A stretch of 36,851 bases of DNA from Candidatus Omnitrophota bacterium (GCA_020058085.1 JAGVER010000015.1:1-36851); one strand, 5' to 3'; numbered from the stretch's first letter, positions 20,786 to 30,450 are shown. Notes: generated by a model not told the origin, from the sequence alone. Numbers and translations are program-made.

Positions 20786-21240
20786 TCCCCCTCCTTACTT
20801 AACTCAACTTCAAAAGGTTGACCATCTTTTATAAAGATGACTTTTTTCTCTTCGATCTTAAGCACTTGATAATCACCTACAAAATCTCCCACCTTAACCA
20901 CTAATCCGTTAACTATGGCATAAGACATGGAGATCTTGTCATAAATTATTCCCTCAAGCTCAAGCCCTTCAGTTACTGAACGAGACTTTATCTTAATGAA
21001 CCTACCCTCTGGAGTAACTAACGGCATAAAAGGATCTCGTTCTCCCTTAGCATCATAAATGAAATCACCTTGCGCAAAAGAGAAACAATATACTAAAACG
21101 AAAAATAAATTCAGCAGAAATATTATTTTTAGTTTATACTTTCGCGGCCTAAAGTCTGCACTCTTTAGAGCACAAATGAGAGATATCCGCTCAAGTATTT
21201 CATTTAGGAAATCTCTGTAAGAAACTTTATTTCTTAACAT
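20782..21240 (-). CDS. PilP-like pilus assembly protein
   Basis: RDPFMPL motif, LEGII, AIVNG; located between pilO and pilQ; N-terminus contains a repeat element. Confidence 0.7.
   Translation of the reverse strand: MLRNKVSYRDFLNEILERISLICALKSADFRPRKYKLKIIFLLNLFFVLVYCFSFAQGDFIYDAKGERDPFMPLVTPEGRFIKIKSRSVTEGLELEGIIYDKISMSYAIVNGLVVKVGDFVGDYQVLKIEEKKVIFIKDGQPFEVELSKEGE
21133..21230. repeat. Degenerate copy of the 31504-31612 element within the pilP-like 5' coding region
   Basis: TTATACTTTCGCGGCC...CTCTTTAGAG...CCGCTCAAGTATTTCATTT shared with 31504-31571. Confidence 0.75.
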
Positions 21241-21808
21241 AGGTTTTAAGCGTTAAACTTACTCTCTGCCTTAATACTTCCTCTGGCCGTGCTTCTATTT
21301 TAAAGCTCTCTACGGAAATAAACGTCTGGCTATTTTCCAAATCATTAATAAATTTGCCTAAATTATGATAACCGCATATTAAATCCAAACTTATAGAAAC
21401 CGGGCTAAATTTAAGAGAAGCAGCTGCCTTCTGCGTATCACGAGAAGGTTTAATCTGCAATATCCTAACATTATTAGCATTGCCTATTTTTGAAATATCC
21501 TGCAATAGAGAAGCCAGCTGGTAATCAAATATAATTTTCTTAGCCTTGCCCTGGGACAGATTCTTCTGCTGCGATTTCATATCCTGCATATTCTTTAACC
21601 CAAAATCCAGCACTTTAAAGTCATTCTTTAATTTTACCATCCCATCAGCTGACTTTTTTGCCCAATTCATCTGGGCTTTGAGCAAGAAATTAAAATCTAG
21701 ATATAAAAACATGGTGCTTATAATCAGAATCAAAACTATCTTCTTGTTATCCAAGGCAAATTTCTCTATTAAATTAACCTTTTTTATCTCTTCTATCAAT
21801 TTAATCAT
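21227..21808 (-). CDS. pilO: Type IV pilus assembly protein PilO
   Basis: TM helix, coiled coil, GYHNLGKFINDLE motif; gene order. Confidence 0.82.
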   Translation of the reverse strand: MIKLIEEIKKVNLIEKFALDNKKIVLILIISTMFLYLDFNFLLKAQMNWAKKSADGMVKLKNDFKVLDFGLKNMQDMKSQQKNLSQGKAKKIIFDYQLASLLQDISKIGNANNVRILQIKPSRDTQKAAASLKFSPVSISLDLICGYHNLGKFINDLENSQTFISVESFKIEARPEEVLRQRVSLTLKTYVKK

Positions 21809-22398
21809 TTTAAAGTTCCAACTAAATTAAAATCTGCAACTTCATATCCACCTATAACTTCTTTTTGTATTGAACTTAATTCTAAAGAATTGAAATTTTT
21901 GACAAAATCAGGCCTATTCTTTAAATCATCAATGAAATTGCGGAGCAAAGAAACTTCTTCTTTAGTTAAGGATACCACTTTGCCCTGTAAATGAAACGTT
22001 TTTCCTGAAACTGAGATTACTTCAAACCATATTCCGGGAGGAAGAACTAAGCTTAATCTATTCAATTTCTCGGCCCAATTTATACGTTCATTTAACAACT
22101 TTTGTATATCTTTAGAGTCTCCAGAATAGAGCATTTGTTCATTATTAAAGTCTTCTAAGGTTTTTCTTTCCGGTAACATTCTCTCCCATTTATTTTTTAA
22201 CGCGTTTAACTGCGAGGATCGAGCTACCCCTAAGAAAACGATAATAATATGCACCATAATCAATAACACAAAAATTAGAGGGACTAACAAAATAAATTGT
22301 TGCGCTCCCGGCTTAACGCTTACCCTTACAGACTGCGCCTTTACGGGCTTAACAACTCTATTCCTTAATTCTTCCGGTAATAAGTTTATCTCGATCAT
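21805..22398 (-). CDS. pilN: Type IV pilus assembly protein PilN
   Basis: N-terminal INLLP PilM-binding motif, TM helix, LPPGIW. Confidence 0.88.
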   Translation of the reverse strand: MIEINLLPEELRNRVVKPVKAQSVRVSVKPGAQQFILLVPLIFVLLIMVHIIIVFLGVARSSQLNALKNKWERMLPERKTLEDFNNEQMLYSGDSKDIQKLLNERINWAEKLNRLSLVLPPGIWFEVISVSGKTFHLQGKVVSLTKEEVSLLRNFIDDLKNRPDFVKNFNSLELSSIQKEVIGGYEVADFNLVGTLK

Positions 22399-22400
22399 CT

Positions 22401-23435
22401 TTAGTTATTACGTAATGCCAAACCTACGGCTACGCTAAGCTCGCCTGATGATTTCTTAAGTTTCTCCGCGTCTATATTTTCTGGGATTTTTATCTTCTTA
22501 AAGGGATCCCAATATTCAACTTCAATACTTAATAAATGAGCCAACATTTCTTTTAAACCCTCAAACTTAGCGCTGCCTCCACTTAAAAAAACTTTGCTCA
22601 CATTTGAAGCCCCTTGACTCTCATAATAATCAAACGAAGTCCTAATCTCCCTTGCTAAATTTATCAAAGCAGACTCTATCCCTGCGTTTATTTTGCTTAG
22701 CTTCTCCTTATCCGGATTGATCTTTAAGTTCTCCGCATTAGCAAAATCAATACTAAAAATATCCGCGATCTTCTGGGTAAAGGTATTACCAGCAATTTGC
22801 AAATCACGGCTTAGGCGCGGAATGCCATTATCTAATATATCCAAATTACTCATTGAAGATCCAATATTAAGAAGCGCAATGGCCTTATGCTCTTGACTAT
22901 CCTCCTTGAAGGGATAATTAAAATTAAAGGCATTGAGCAAAGCTATGGAATCAATATCTATAATATTTGTTCGGCATCCTAGGCCTTCAATTAGCTTTAA
23001 ACGCTGATTAACCAAATCTTTTTTTACTGCGGCAATTAAAACCAGCATTTTATTATCGGGTAGGTCATCCTTCAGGATATACCCATCCAGATTTACATCC
23101 GCGATAGAAAAAGGTATATGTTTTTGTGCCTCGAACTTAAGCGCCTGTTTTAGTTCCGCGCTATTCATACGGACAAAATTTACATAGCGGATTACGCTCT
23201 GCTGTCCAGAGACGGAAATATTAACTAAATCCCCACCGGAATGAGATTGTAAAATATGACTTAAAACTTCTCCCAGCTCAAACCGCGCAGGTTCAATATC
23301 AAAACCGCAAAGTTCAGCCTGATCTTTAGCTAGTTTTAGTTTAACCACTTTTATCTGGGATACTCCGATATCTACCCCTATGGAAAACTTATCTTTAGAT
23401 AAGCCAATTTTTATTTTAGATAATATATTTTTCAT
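22401..23435 (-). CDS. pilM: Type IV pilus assembly protein PilM
   Basis: GVDIG actin-like start, EAQKHIPF, LNIGSS, EIRTSFDYY, LSGGSA, AVGLALR. Confidence 0.92.
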   Translation of the reverse strand: MKNILSKIKIGLSKDKFSIGVDIGVSQIKVVKLKLAKDQAELCGFDIEPARFELGEVLSHILQSHSGGDLVNISVSGQQSVIRYVNFVRMNSAELKQALKFEAQKHIPFSIADVNLDGYILKDDLPDNKMLVLIAAVKKDLVNQRLKLIEGLGCRTNIIDIDSIALLNAFNFNYPFKEDSQEHKAIALLNIGSSMSNLDILDNGIPRLSRDLQIAGNTFTQKIADIFSIDFANAENLKINPDKEKLSKINAGIESALINLAREIRTSFDYYESQGASNVSKVFLSGGSAKFEGLKEMLAHLLSIEVEYWDPFKKIKIPENIDAEKLKKSSGELSVAVGLALRNN

Positions 23436-23454
23436 ATTAATCGTAATTATTCAA

Positions 23455-23868
23455 CTACTCTTTTTTATCGCAGTCTTCCGATATCAAAAGATTTCCCGTA
23501 GTAACAGTAAATGCGAGCTTACCGGTTAATTTGCATTTAGTCGGAAAAGCATAACAACTATACCCTGAAGAATCTAATCTGGTGCAGCTATAGCTATACC
23601 CCTTGATTGAAGGTTCTGCCGCGTAATCTTTATCTAAATACGCGGGCTTAGACTGGCTTAAAATAGAGAGAGCCTTAGGATAAATTCCTTGATTATCACG
23701 GGCATAATTATCTAAAGCGGTAGCGATTGATTTTAATGTAGATTGAGCCATAGCCTCATTCTGGCTGTTAGTTATTTCTATAATTTTCCCAATGACAACC
23801 CTTAATAAGAGTGCACTTAAGGCGATAACTACCATTATTAAAACAAAGCTTTTTGCCTTCTCTCCCAT
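23455..23868 (-). CDS. Minor pilin-like protein (atypical prepilin site)
   Basis: KAKS/FVLIM hydrophobic N-helix, YARDNQGIYP, four Cys; start placed at MGEK. Confidence 0.65.
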   Translation of the reverse strand: MGEKAKSFVLIMVVIALSALLLRVVIGKIIEITNSQNEAMAQSTLKSIATALDNYARDNQGIYPKALSILSQSKPAYLDKDYAAEPSIKGYSYSCTRLDSSGYSCYAFPTKCKLTGKLAFTVTTGNLLISEDCDKKE

Positions 23869-23878
23869 TATTATCATA

Positions 23879-24331
23879 TTAATTATAAATCTTAAAATCC
23901 GTATCACCAGGACTTGCAGTATCGCTTCTCCTGATTATCCCGCCGGTTACGATCTGGTAGTTATGATCCGAGAGAGCCTCACTGACCGCCATTGCGCGAA
24001 TATCATAACCCCCTTGATCTATTGAACCCGGAATATAACGGAAATGGCCAACTTGGCCTATGCTTATAAAATCCTGCGGAGCGCATCTAGAATCAACTAA
24101 AAACTGTAGATTTGTTTCATCATTATTTAGAGAATATATCCCAGCATGCCCGGCAGCGTATATCTCAAAACTGGCAGCAATACTCTTTAAATTTGCTTGA
24201 GCATTTGATTCATTAGCCATCTTTCTTAGTTTAACCCCCTGTACTATCGCCATAATCAACAAAAAAGAAATAATGAAAACTACGAACATTATCTCCATGA
24301 GGGTAAACCCCTTTCGCTTTTTATTTTTCAT
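23879..24331 (-). CDS. Minor type IV pilin
   Basis: MKNKKRKG/FTLME class III signal. Confidence 0.85.
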   Translation of the reverse strand: MKNKKRKGFTLMEIMFVVFIISFLLIMAIVQGVKLRKMANESNAQANLKSIAASFEIYAAGHAGIYSLNNDETNLQFLVDSRCAPQDFISIGQVGHFRYIPGSIDQGGYDIRAMAVSEALSDHNYQIVTGGIIRRSDTASPGDTDFKIYN

Positions 24332-24421
24332 AGGCATAATTTTAGCATAAAATGCAATCTTAGCAATCATTTTTTGCAAGAAAATCGCAGAGGCGATTTT
24401 CAGTGGTTAGAAAAGTGCTTT

Positions 24422-26392
24422 TTACTTTTCTACACCATAAATAATTTTGGTAAGGAAACCCTTGGCCTTCAAATGATTAGGATTTATTTTCAGTGCTCTC
24501 TTGATTGCAGAAACAGCCTCTCTTTTTGAACCTAGATTCCAATAAGCCAACCCGAGATTAAAATAAGCATCAGCGTAGCGCGGCTCAAGCTCCACTGACT
24601 TCTTAAAAGCAAAAACCGCTGCCTGGAATAATCCTCGAATAGCAAACTCTACGCCCAAATCATTATACAACTTTACCGCGGCGGTCAACTTAACGGATTT
24701 TAGGTACTTATTAATTATAGTGGGATAATCATTCTTCTCTTTAAATGAATCTGTAATCTCGGGAATAGAATTAAGAACCTCCCTAGTTGACAACTGAAGT
24801 TTACCTTGAGCCTGATAAATTTTAGCGATATTAAAATGAGTGAAATTTAACTTAGGATCAAGCTTTAATGCCAAGAAATAACTCTCCAGGGCTTTGTCCC
24901 AGAGGCCCTCGACTTCATAGATACAACCTATATTATTTTCTATCTCTCCAAGCTTTAAGAGAGGCGCGGACTTTTTGATCAATTCATACTCTCTCTTGGC
25001 ATCATCAAACCTACCGATCTTAAAATAAACATTCGCCAGATTAGAACGCGCTTCAATAAGGTCTGGTTTAATCTCTAACGCCTTCTTGTATTCAAATATC
25101 GCCTTCTGATACATATTATGGCGGTATTCGTACTCCGTACCTAAATTATTATGAGACTGAAAACTATCCGGGGAGTATCTTATATTTTTTTCATAAAATA
25201 CAACCGGATCCTGCCAGTCGGCATTGCGAGAAAAAGTAAGCATTCCATAAAACAAAATGAGGACTATTGCGGAAAGAATAAACAGTCCTTTCCTTAAATA
25301 CCTGTTTAATAAATACACTACCATAACAAAAAAACTTATAGAAGATAGGTAAATAAAATGTTCGGCGATAAAGGCGTTTATAGGAAAAACCCCTGACTGC
25401 GGGAGTAAGAAGATTATAGCCCAAAATAACATGAAACAAAACACTTGACTGCCTCTTCTACGAGATAAGATACGCCAACAACAAAGACAAATCATTCCTA
25501 AAATAAACCAAGAAAGAAATAGACCTAAGAATGTGGATGGACGAATTATTGTCCAGCTCATATGTAAGCCAATTGGTAAAGATAAAAGCTTGAAATAGGT
25601 AAAGGCGACTTTAGGCAAAACAGTTATTCTTAAAATAAGAGGATATTCTGTTAACGCCGCAGGCCTAAAAGTCGCAAAATTAAAAATAGTCAACCTTAAA
25701 ACAATATAACCTAAAGCAATTATGATATAAGGTAAAACCGGCTTGATAATCTCCGCCGGCATCTTGCATGAATCCCTGCGGAAATAAAAAAGATAAGCTA
25801 AAATAACTAATGGAAAGACCAAAGATAATTCTTTGGATAATAAAGCTAAGATAAAGGCAAGAAAAGATAGAACAAGATAGGTTAACTTAGGTTTATAACC
25901 TTTGCCTTGGGCGCGTATAAACAAAATTAGCGAAGAGAATAAAAATACCCCCATGAGCATCTCTGCCCTACCAGAAATATAAGTAACTACCTCTGTATTC
26001 AACGGGCTTATACTAAAAAACGCCGCGCTTAAAAACGATACGCTAAAACTGGCAATAATATTGCGCAGAAATAAAAAAACCAGAAATGATACCAAGATTT
26101 GAAGCAGGATATTGGTAATATGATAACCGACCGGATCTAACTGCCAGAAATAATAATCCCAGATAAAAGAAAGAGCTTGTAAAGGACGGTAGAAATTGGA
26201 ACCAGATAAGGTACCGGCGTATAAATCATCCGAGAAGATCTTAAGCCCATTATGCCAATCTTGGATAAATGGATTTTTTACAATCAGGCCGATATCATCC
26301 CAGATAAATGGGCTATGCAGGGAATTAGAATAAACGACAAAAGATAAAACACTAATTACCAAAAATACCAATAATATTCTAAGCTTGGGCAT
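24422..26392 (-). CDS. TMTC-like GT-C membrane glycosyltransferase with C-terminal TPRs
   Basis: FIWDD, FYRPL, YHITNILL, EVVTYISGRAE, ALLSKE, AEHFIYLSS, RNADW, ~11 TM helices, TPRs (HNNLG, YFNLGLAY). Confidence 0.8.
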   Translation of the reverse strand: MPKLRILLVFLVISVLSFVVYSNSLHSPFIWDDIGLIVKNPFIQDWHNGLKIFSDDLYAGTLSGSNFYRPLQALSFIWDYYFWQLDPVGYHITNILLQILVSFLVFLFLRNIIASFSVSFLSAAFFSISPLNTEVVTYISGRAEMLMGVFLFSSLILFIRAQGKGYKPKLTYLVLSFLAFILALLSKELSLVFPLVILAYLFYFRRDSCKMPAEIIKPVLPYIIIALGYIVLRLTIFNFATFRPAALTEYPLILRITVLPKVAFTYFKLLSLPIGLHMSWTIIRPSTFLGLFLSWFILGMICLCCWRILSRRRGSQVFCFMLFWAIIFLLPQSGVFPINAFIAEHFIYLSSISFFVMVVYLLNRYLRKGLFILSAIVLILFYGMLTFSRNADWQDPVVFYEKNIRYSPDSFQSHNNLGTEYEYRHNMYQKAIFEYKKALEIKPDLIEARSNLANVYFKIGRFDDAKREYELIKKSAPLLKLGEIENNIGCIYEVEGLWDKALESYFLALKLDPKLNFTHFNIAKIYQAQGKLQLSTREVLNSIPEITDSFKEKNDYPTIINKYLKSVKLTAAVKLYNDLGVEFAIRGLFQAAVFAFKKSVELEPRYADAYFNLGLAYWNLGSKREAVSAIKRALKINPNHLKAKGFLTKIIYGVEK

Positions 26393-26399
26393 ATAATAC

Positions 26400-26428
26400 T
26401 AAAGGGGAGGAGATTTCTCCCCTCCCCT
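26400..26428 (-). terminator. Hairpin after the major pilin gene (terminator or stabiliser)
   Basis: AGGGGAGG-GGAGAAATCT-CCTCCCCT followed by a short T run. Confidence 0.6.
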
Positions 26429-26457
26429 ATTTCTAACTATTCACAAACAACCTACTT

Positions 26458-26838
26458 TTATAATGGTGTAAGCGATCCCCCTGTGGTTGCGGTATATGTA
26501 GTAGTACCTGTCTGTGCTGAACCTGCTGTTGCAACTATTGTATAACCTGTTGAACCAAGAGTACAGGTATAATTATAACCCTGGACCAGGTTACCGCAAT
26601 AGCTACCTGCAGAAGCAATAAATGTTGTCAGCGCAGCTACATCAGCCGGATAAGCACCAGCATTAGCTGTAGAGTAAGTCTCTGCTGCTGTAGATAAAGA
26701 ACGAACGTTAGCCTTAGCTGCCGCGGTATTAGCGGTAATTCTGGCCTGCAACAAGTTAGGTATAGCAATAGCTGCTAAAAGAGCTATAATTGCCACAACG
26801 ATCATGATTTCGACGAGCGTAAAACCCTTTCTATTCAT
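26458..26838 (-). CDS. pilA: Major type IVa pilin
   Basis: MNRKG/FTLVEIMIVVAIIALLAAIAIP; strong promoter, own terminator, GGGGGA RBS. Confidence 0.88.
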   Translation of the reverse strand: MNRKGFTLVEIMIVVAIIALLAAIAIPNLLQARITANTAAAKANVRSLSTAAETYSTANAGAYPADVAALTTFIASAGSYCGNLVQGYNYTCTLGSTGYTIVATAGSAQTGTTTYTATTGGSLTPL

Positions 26839-26986
26839 TTCAAATCCCCCTTTCTAAAGGTAAGATTAACTTTTTGCGATCTTTCTACTTAACCCCTGTT
26901 CTTACTATTGTATAAATTATAACTACCGATCTTCCAAGGGTTTATCTACTTCTCACGCTAAAGTTGCCTTTTATATCTCCAATACA

Positions 26987-27015
26987 ATTATACTTTTTCT
27001 TTGCTATCTTGTCAA
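26987..27015 (-). promoter_or_regulatory. Consensus sigma70 promoter upstream of the pilin gene
   Basis: TTGACA-17 nt-TATAAT exact match. Confidence 0.85.
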
Positions 27016-27019
27016 GCTT

Positions 27020-27079
27020 AAAATAATGGGGACGGTTCTAATTTTCTTTCAGGAAAATTAGAACCGTCCCCATTATTTT
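27020..27079. repeat. Perfect inverted repeat (27-bp arms, 6-nt loop), GGGGACGGTTCT family; may also terminate the GH94 gene
   Basis: AAAATAATGGGGACGGTTCTAATTTTC / GAAAATTAGAACCGTCCCCATTATTTT; partial relatives at 5885-5910 and 30394-30443. Confidence 0.9.
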
Positions 27080-29718
27080 CAACCAAGAACAACATCAATA
27101 GTACTAACTCGCTTCACGGGTAAACTTAAAATAATCTTACGGTTTATTACCAAGTAGTTCCCTTTATTTACAGTCAATTGCCTTGAATTTATCTTCAAGC
27201 CTTTAATCTTATATCTGCCATATCCGAGCTTGCGTGAATTTATAAAGTTAATACGTAAATGGCGGCCGGCAAAATCCCGAGTAATACTTATTTTAGTTGA
27301 ACCTCGAAATTGTTCTTTAGCCAATTTTGGTTCAATAATAAGTTTCCCAGCCCGCCCATAAACACCGAAGACCCGGGTTAATATTGTAAGTATAAACCAG
27401 CTGGCTGAACCAGTTAAATACGAATACATCCCCTTCCCTTGAGCATCAAAATATTCCGGCAGGCAAGGATAAATCCTGCTTTTTTCAAAGTCCGCCGCTA
27501 ACCTATAGAGCGAACTTAAAGCCTTCCACCCTTGATTAACCAACCCTCTGCTATACAAAGCATAAGCATACATTACTACCATATGCGAAAAGATCGCGCC
27601 ATTCTCTTTATCTCCATAAACAAATGAGAAAGCCCTGCCTAAAGAATACTGTTCTTCTTTAAAATCAGTATTTAAATGATACCCGCCGATTTTCTTATCA
27701 AAAAGGTATTTTTCTATGCTCTTAACAATCCTTTCTACCTGTCCCTGATCGGCTACTCCGCTTAAGATCGGAAAAACCTGAGAAGCAAGCATCATCTTTA
27801 AGGTATTGCCATACAATCCCTCAACTCGCGCTTTTTTGTTATCATAATAACCGTTGAAAAAACCTTCCTTGAGCCATTCTTTTTTTCGGATATGCCCAAG
27901 AATCCAGCTGGATTTTATCTTTAAATCGCGCGCTAAATCCTCAACTTTAATTTTAATTTTCTCTCCGGAGATTACACATTTCGTCTTCCCAAAGTACTCT
28001 TCCAATACTTTCTGCTTAAGCCCGATATTATTATAATTTATATGCTTAAAAAGGTTCTTTATCTCTTTGGCGATTTCAATTTCTTTTTTACCTGACTTAA
28101 GCAGCAGTTCTACAAGCCGAGAGAGATTCTTGGCATACATTGTACTAAAAGCAACACTCTCGCCAAATTCCTGCGCCATATCTAATCCGTCATTCCAATC
28201 CGCACCCTCAAGCCGAATATGGTTATGCGATCCAACATTGAAAAATTGGGTTAAGTTCTGAATTAAGAGATGCTCAAAGATCGTCCCTCGGTAAATCTTG
28301 CTGGAAGAGATTTTAAGTTTATTGCCGAAGCTGGCGCTCCAATCAGTATCAATCTTCCTTGACCGCCAGATGTGCTGGTCGCAAAAATAATCTGCCTTTT
28401 CAAATAAAATATTGAAATCACCGGTTTCGTTAATATATAGATCCAGAGCTAAAAGCGGCCAGATACCATGGTCCATCCAGACCCGCGCAATGTTATTACG
28501 ATCAGCGATAAACTCACCTTGCCTTTTCCCTATCACAGTCGCATTGGAACCATCAATACGCACACCTGAAAAATTATTAATTAAAATTTTGCGCGCTTCT
28601 CTAGGCTCGCTTAAAATTAACCCTAAACAATCCTGCCAGAGGTCACGCCAGCCGCGGCCGCCTTTACCATAATCAAAATCCGGCAGGAATGAACAACCAA
28701 ATATTTTTCTTAAAGATGGCTGAACAGCCACCCACTTAAACCAATTATCAAAATCATTATCACCTGATTTAATACTGATTCTATCCGCTTTATCAATCCA
28801 GAAGTTTTTAGTTTTATTTAAAGACGCGTCTACTTGTTTTTGAGATTTAAATTTACTAACCACGCTATTTATACCCTGAAGCCGTTGCGCGATCCCCATT
28901 ACTACGGTATAAGTATAAGCTTTACCGGAAGCTAATACTGCTTGAGAAAAACGCAATCCTCCCATCGCCTCTCTACCCTGTATGCTTCTTTTAACCGGTA
29001 GCATATTCTTTAATACGCTCTCCGGCGATTCTAAATCTCCCAAATCACCACAAAACATCTCTTGTGTTGGATAAAAATGTTGCGGCATATTGCCTCTCTC
29101 ATCCCAGCCTAAAACAAAATAATAATTCTTATTCGGCTTATGCCCTGCCTCATCGAATGAAAGCGTAGGCTTTGAAATGACGCCATACTTATTCAGAATA
29201 ATCCGCTGCAGTAAAGAAGTTACATGACGATGATCACGAATATTATTTGCGCCCCGGGCGTAAATGGGGATGGCTGCGGTAGGAATAAAGCAAACTTTTT
29301 TGCCGGATACGTTAGTAATTTTAACCTGCATTATCTCAACCGGCTCACCTGATGCCGGCACGAAAGAAAGAATTTCTGCCTTTAACCCGAGTTCTTCATT
29401 CTTACTACTAACTCTCTGCCAGAGCAAGCCAGCCTCTAGATCAGACTCGCGATCTTTGATTTTGGTTATTGACCAAATCTTATTTTTATCTAAATATATC
29501 CAGAAATTTCGTGAGGCTTTCGATAGAGATAAATCAATGCGGGAGACCGGCGGCATAAGAAAAGAATCCTGCCCGCTTTTTATATCACCGTGTAAATCAG
29601 GTGACAGAGAAGACATCAACGCTTCATTACAGAGGGGAAAATAAAGAGTTTTTATCTTATTCGTGGAAGAGAATATAAAACTACCAAAATTATCGCTAAA
29701 CTTGTAAGGCTTACCCAT
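27079..29718 (-). CDS. GH94 glycoside phosphorylase (laminaribiose phosphorylase-like)
   Basis: GGRGWRDLWQD, ADWNDGLD catalytic motif, GESV, KENGAIFSH, LTGSASW. Confidence 0.85.
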   Translation of the reverse strand: MGKPYKFSDNFGSFIFSSTNKIKTLYFPLCNEALMSSLSPDLHGDIKSGQDSFLMPPVSRIDLSLSKASRNFWIYLDKNKIWSITKIKDRESDLEAGLLWQRVSSKNEELGLKAEILSFVPASGEPVEIMQVKITNVSGKKVCFIPTAAIPIYARGANNIRDHRHVTSLLQRIILNKYGVISKPTLSFDEAGHKPNKNYYFVLGWDERGNMPQHFYPTQEMFCGDLGDLESPESVLKNMLPVKRSIQGREAMGGLRFSQAVLASGKAYTYTVVMGIAQRLQGINSVVSKFKSQKQVDASLNKTKNFWIDKADRISIKSGDNDFDNWFKWVAVQPSLRKIFGCSFLPDFDYGKGGRGWRDLWQDCLGLILSEPREARKILINNFSGVRIDGSNATVIGKRQGEFIADRNNIARVWMDHGIWPLLALDLYINETGDFNILFEKADYFCDQHIWRSRKIDTDWSASFGNKLKISSSKIYRGTIFEHLLIQNLTQFFNVGSHNHIRLEGADWNDGLDMAQEFGESVAFSTMYAKNLSRLVELLLKSGKKEIEIAKEIKNLFKHINYNNIGLKQKVLEEYFGKTKCVISGEKIKIKVEDLARDLKIKSSWILGHIRKKEWLKEGFFNGYYDNKKARVEGLYGNTLKMMLASQVFPILSGVADQGQVERIVKSIEKYLFDKKIGGYHLNTDFKEEQYSLGRAFSFVYGDKENGAIFSHMVVMYAYALYSRGLVNQGWKALSSLYRLAADFEKSRIYPCLPEYFDAQGKGMYSYLTGSASWFILTILTRVFGVYGRAGKLIIEPKLAKEQFRGSTKISITRDFAGRHLRINFINSRKLGYGRYKIKGLKINSRQLTVNKGNYLVINRKIILSLPVKRVSTIDVVLG

Positions 29719-29845
29719 AGGAACCTAAGGTATCATAAGATAAAGTGTTTTTCAATAAAAAACCTGTTTTCCTAAATGGCTGAACGGTTAAATCCAGCCC
29801 TACAAGAGTAGGTAAGCTCGGTAAAAACTGATAACCTTGAAACAT

Positions 29846-30241
29846 CTATAGGAACCTCTCAAAGCAGCCGGAAAAATTCTCTTTCATCATCTGGTAGATT
29901 TTTTCTTTATCTGAATAACGAATTTTTGAGAATCTTATGCCATAAATTTGTTTTGCCTTAACTTCTCTATGCCAAGTAACAGAAATTTCGATATCAAAAA
30001 AATGCTTCTCATTAAAATAAAGCTCTACACGTGCGTTAACCTCTGGTATTTTTTCTGTCATAGCTAGAGAAAATCCCTTCATGTTTAAATCCCTAACTTC
30101 ACAGGTCAGATAATCTTTAGAACCATGCCACTTTATTTTAGCAGGTGCCGCAATCTTCCACCTCGGCAATAGCCTTTTCTCAACAAAGGCGGGCTTTGGA
30201 GGCAGATCTTTTTTCTTTTGGAGAAAACTAAATAAACCCAT
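29846..30241 (-). CDS. PilZ domain protein
   Basis: EKRLLPR (RxxxR) and DLNMKG, VTW, YGIRF. Confidence 0.8.
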   Translation of the reverse strand: MGLFSFLQKKKDLPPKPAFVEKRLLPRWKIAAPAKIKWHGSKDYLTCEVRDLNMKGFSLAMTEKIPEVNARVELYFNEKHFFDIEISVTWHREVKAKQIYGIRFSKIRYSDKEKIYQMMKENFSGCFERFL

Positions 30242-30361
30242 TCCCTAATTCTCCTTTGCTAAAAGTTTTTGATTCTTTAATTGCTCAATAAATTCAACTC
30301 TACTCTAATCTACCATCTTGAATAGAATTATACCATTTCTATCCCATAATCCCAAGCAAGC

Positions 30362-30391
30362 AAAAAGGGCTGAACGATTAAGTCCAGCCCC
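30362..30391 (-). terminator. Rho-independent terminator, with a related hairpin at 29778-29799
   Basis: GGGCTGGAC-TTAATC-GTTCAGCCC-TTTTT. Confidence 0.7.
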
Positions 30392-30450
30392 TGAAAATAA
30401 TGGTCTCCGCTATCGCATGACGGAAAATTAGAACCATCCATTAATTCTAA

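Noticed and set aside
26458-26838. Electrically conductive pilin
   Set aside because: Full-length pilin with modest aromatic content and a long aromatic-free N-terminal helix
829-29644. Remaining short plus-strand and alternative-frame ORFs in the track
   Set aside because: All overlap confidently identified genes and lack motifs
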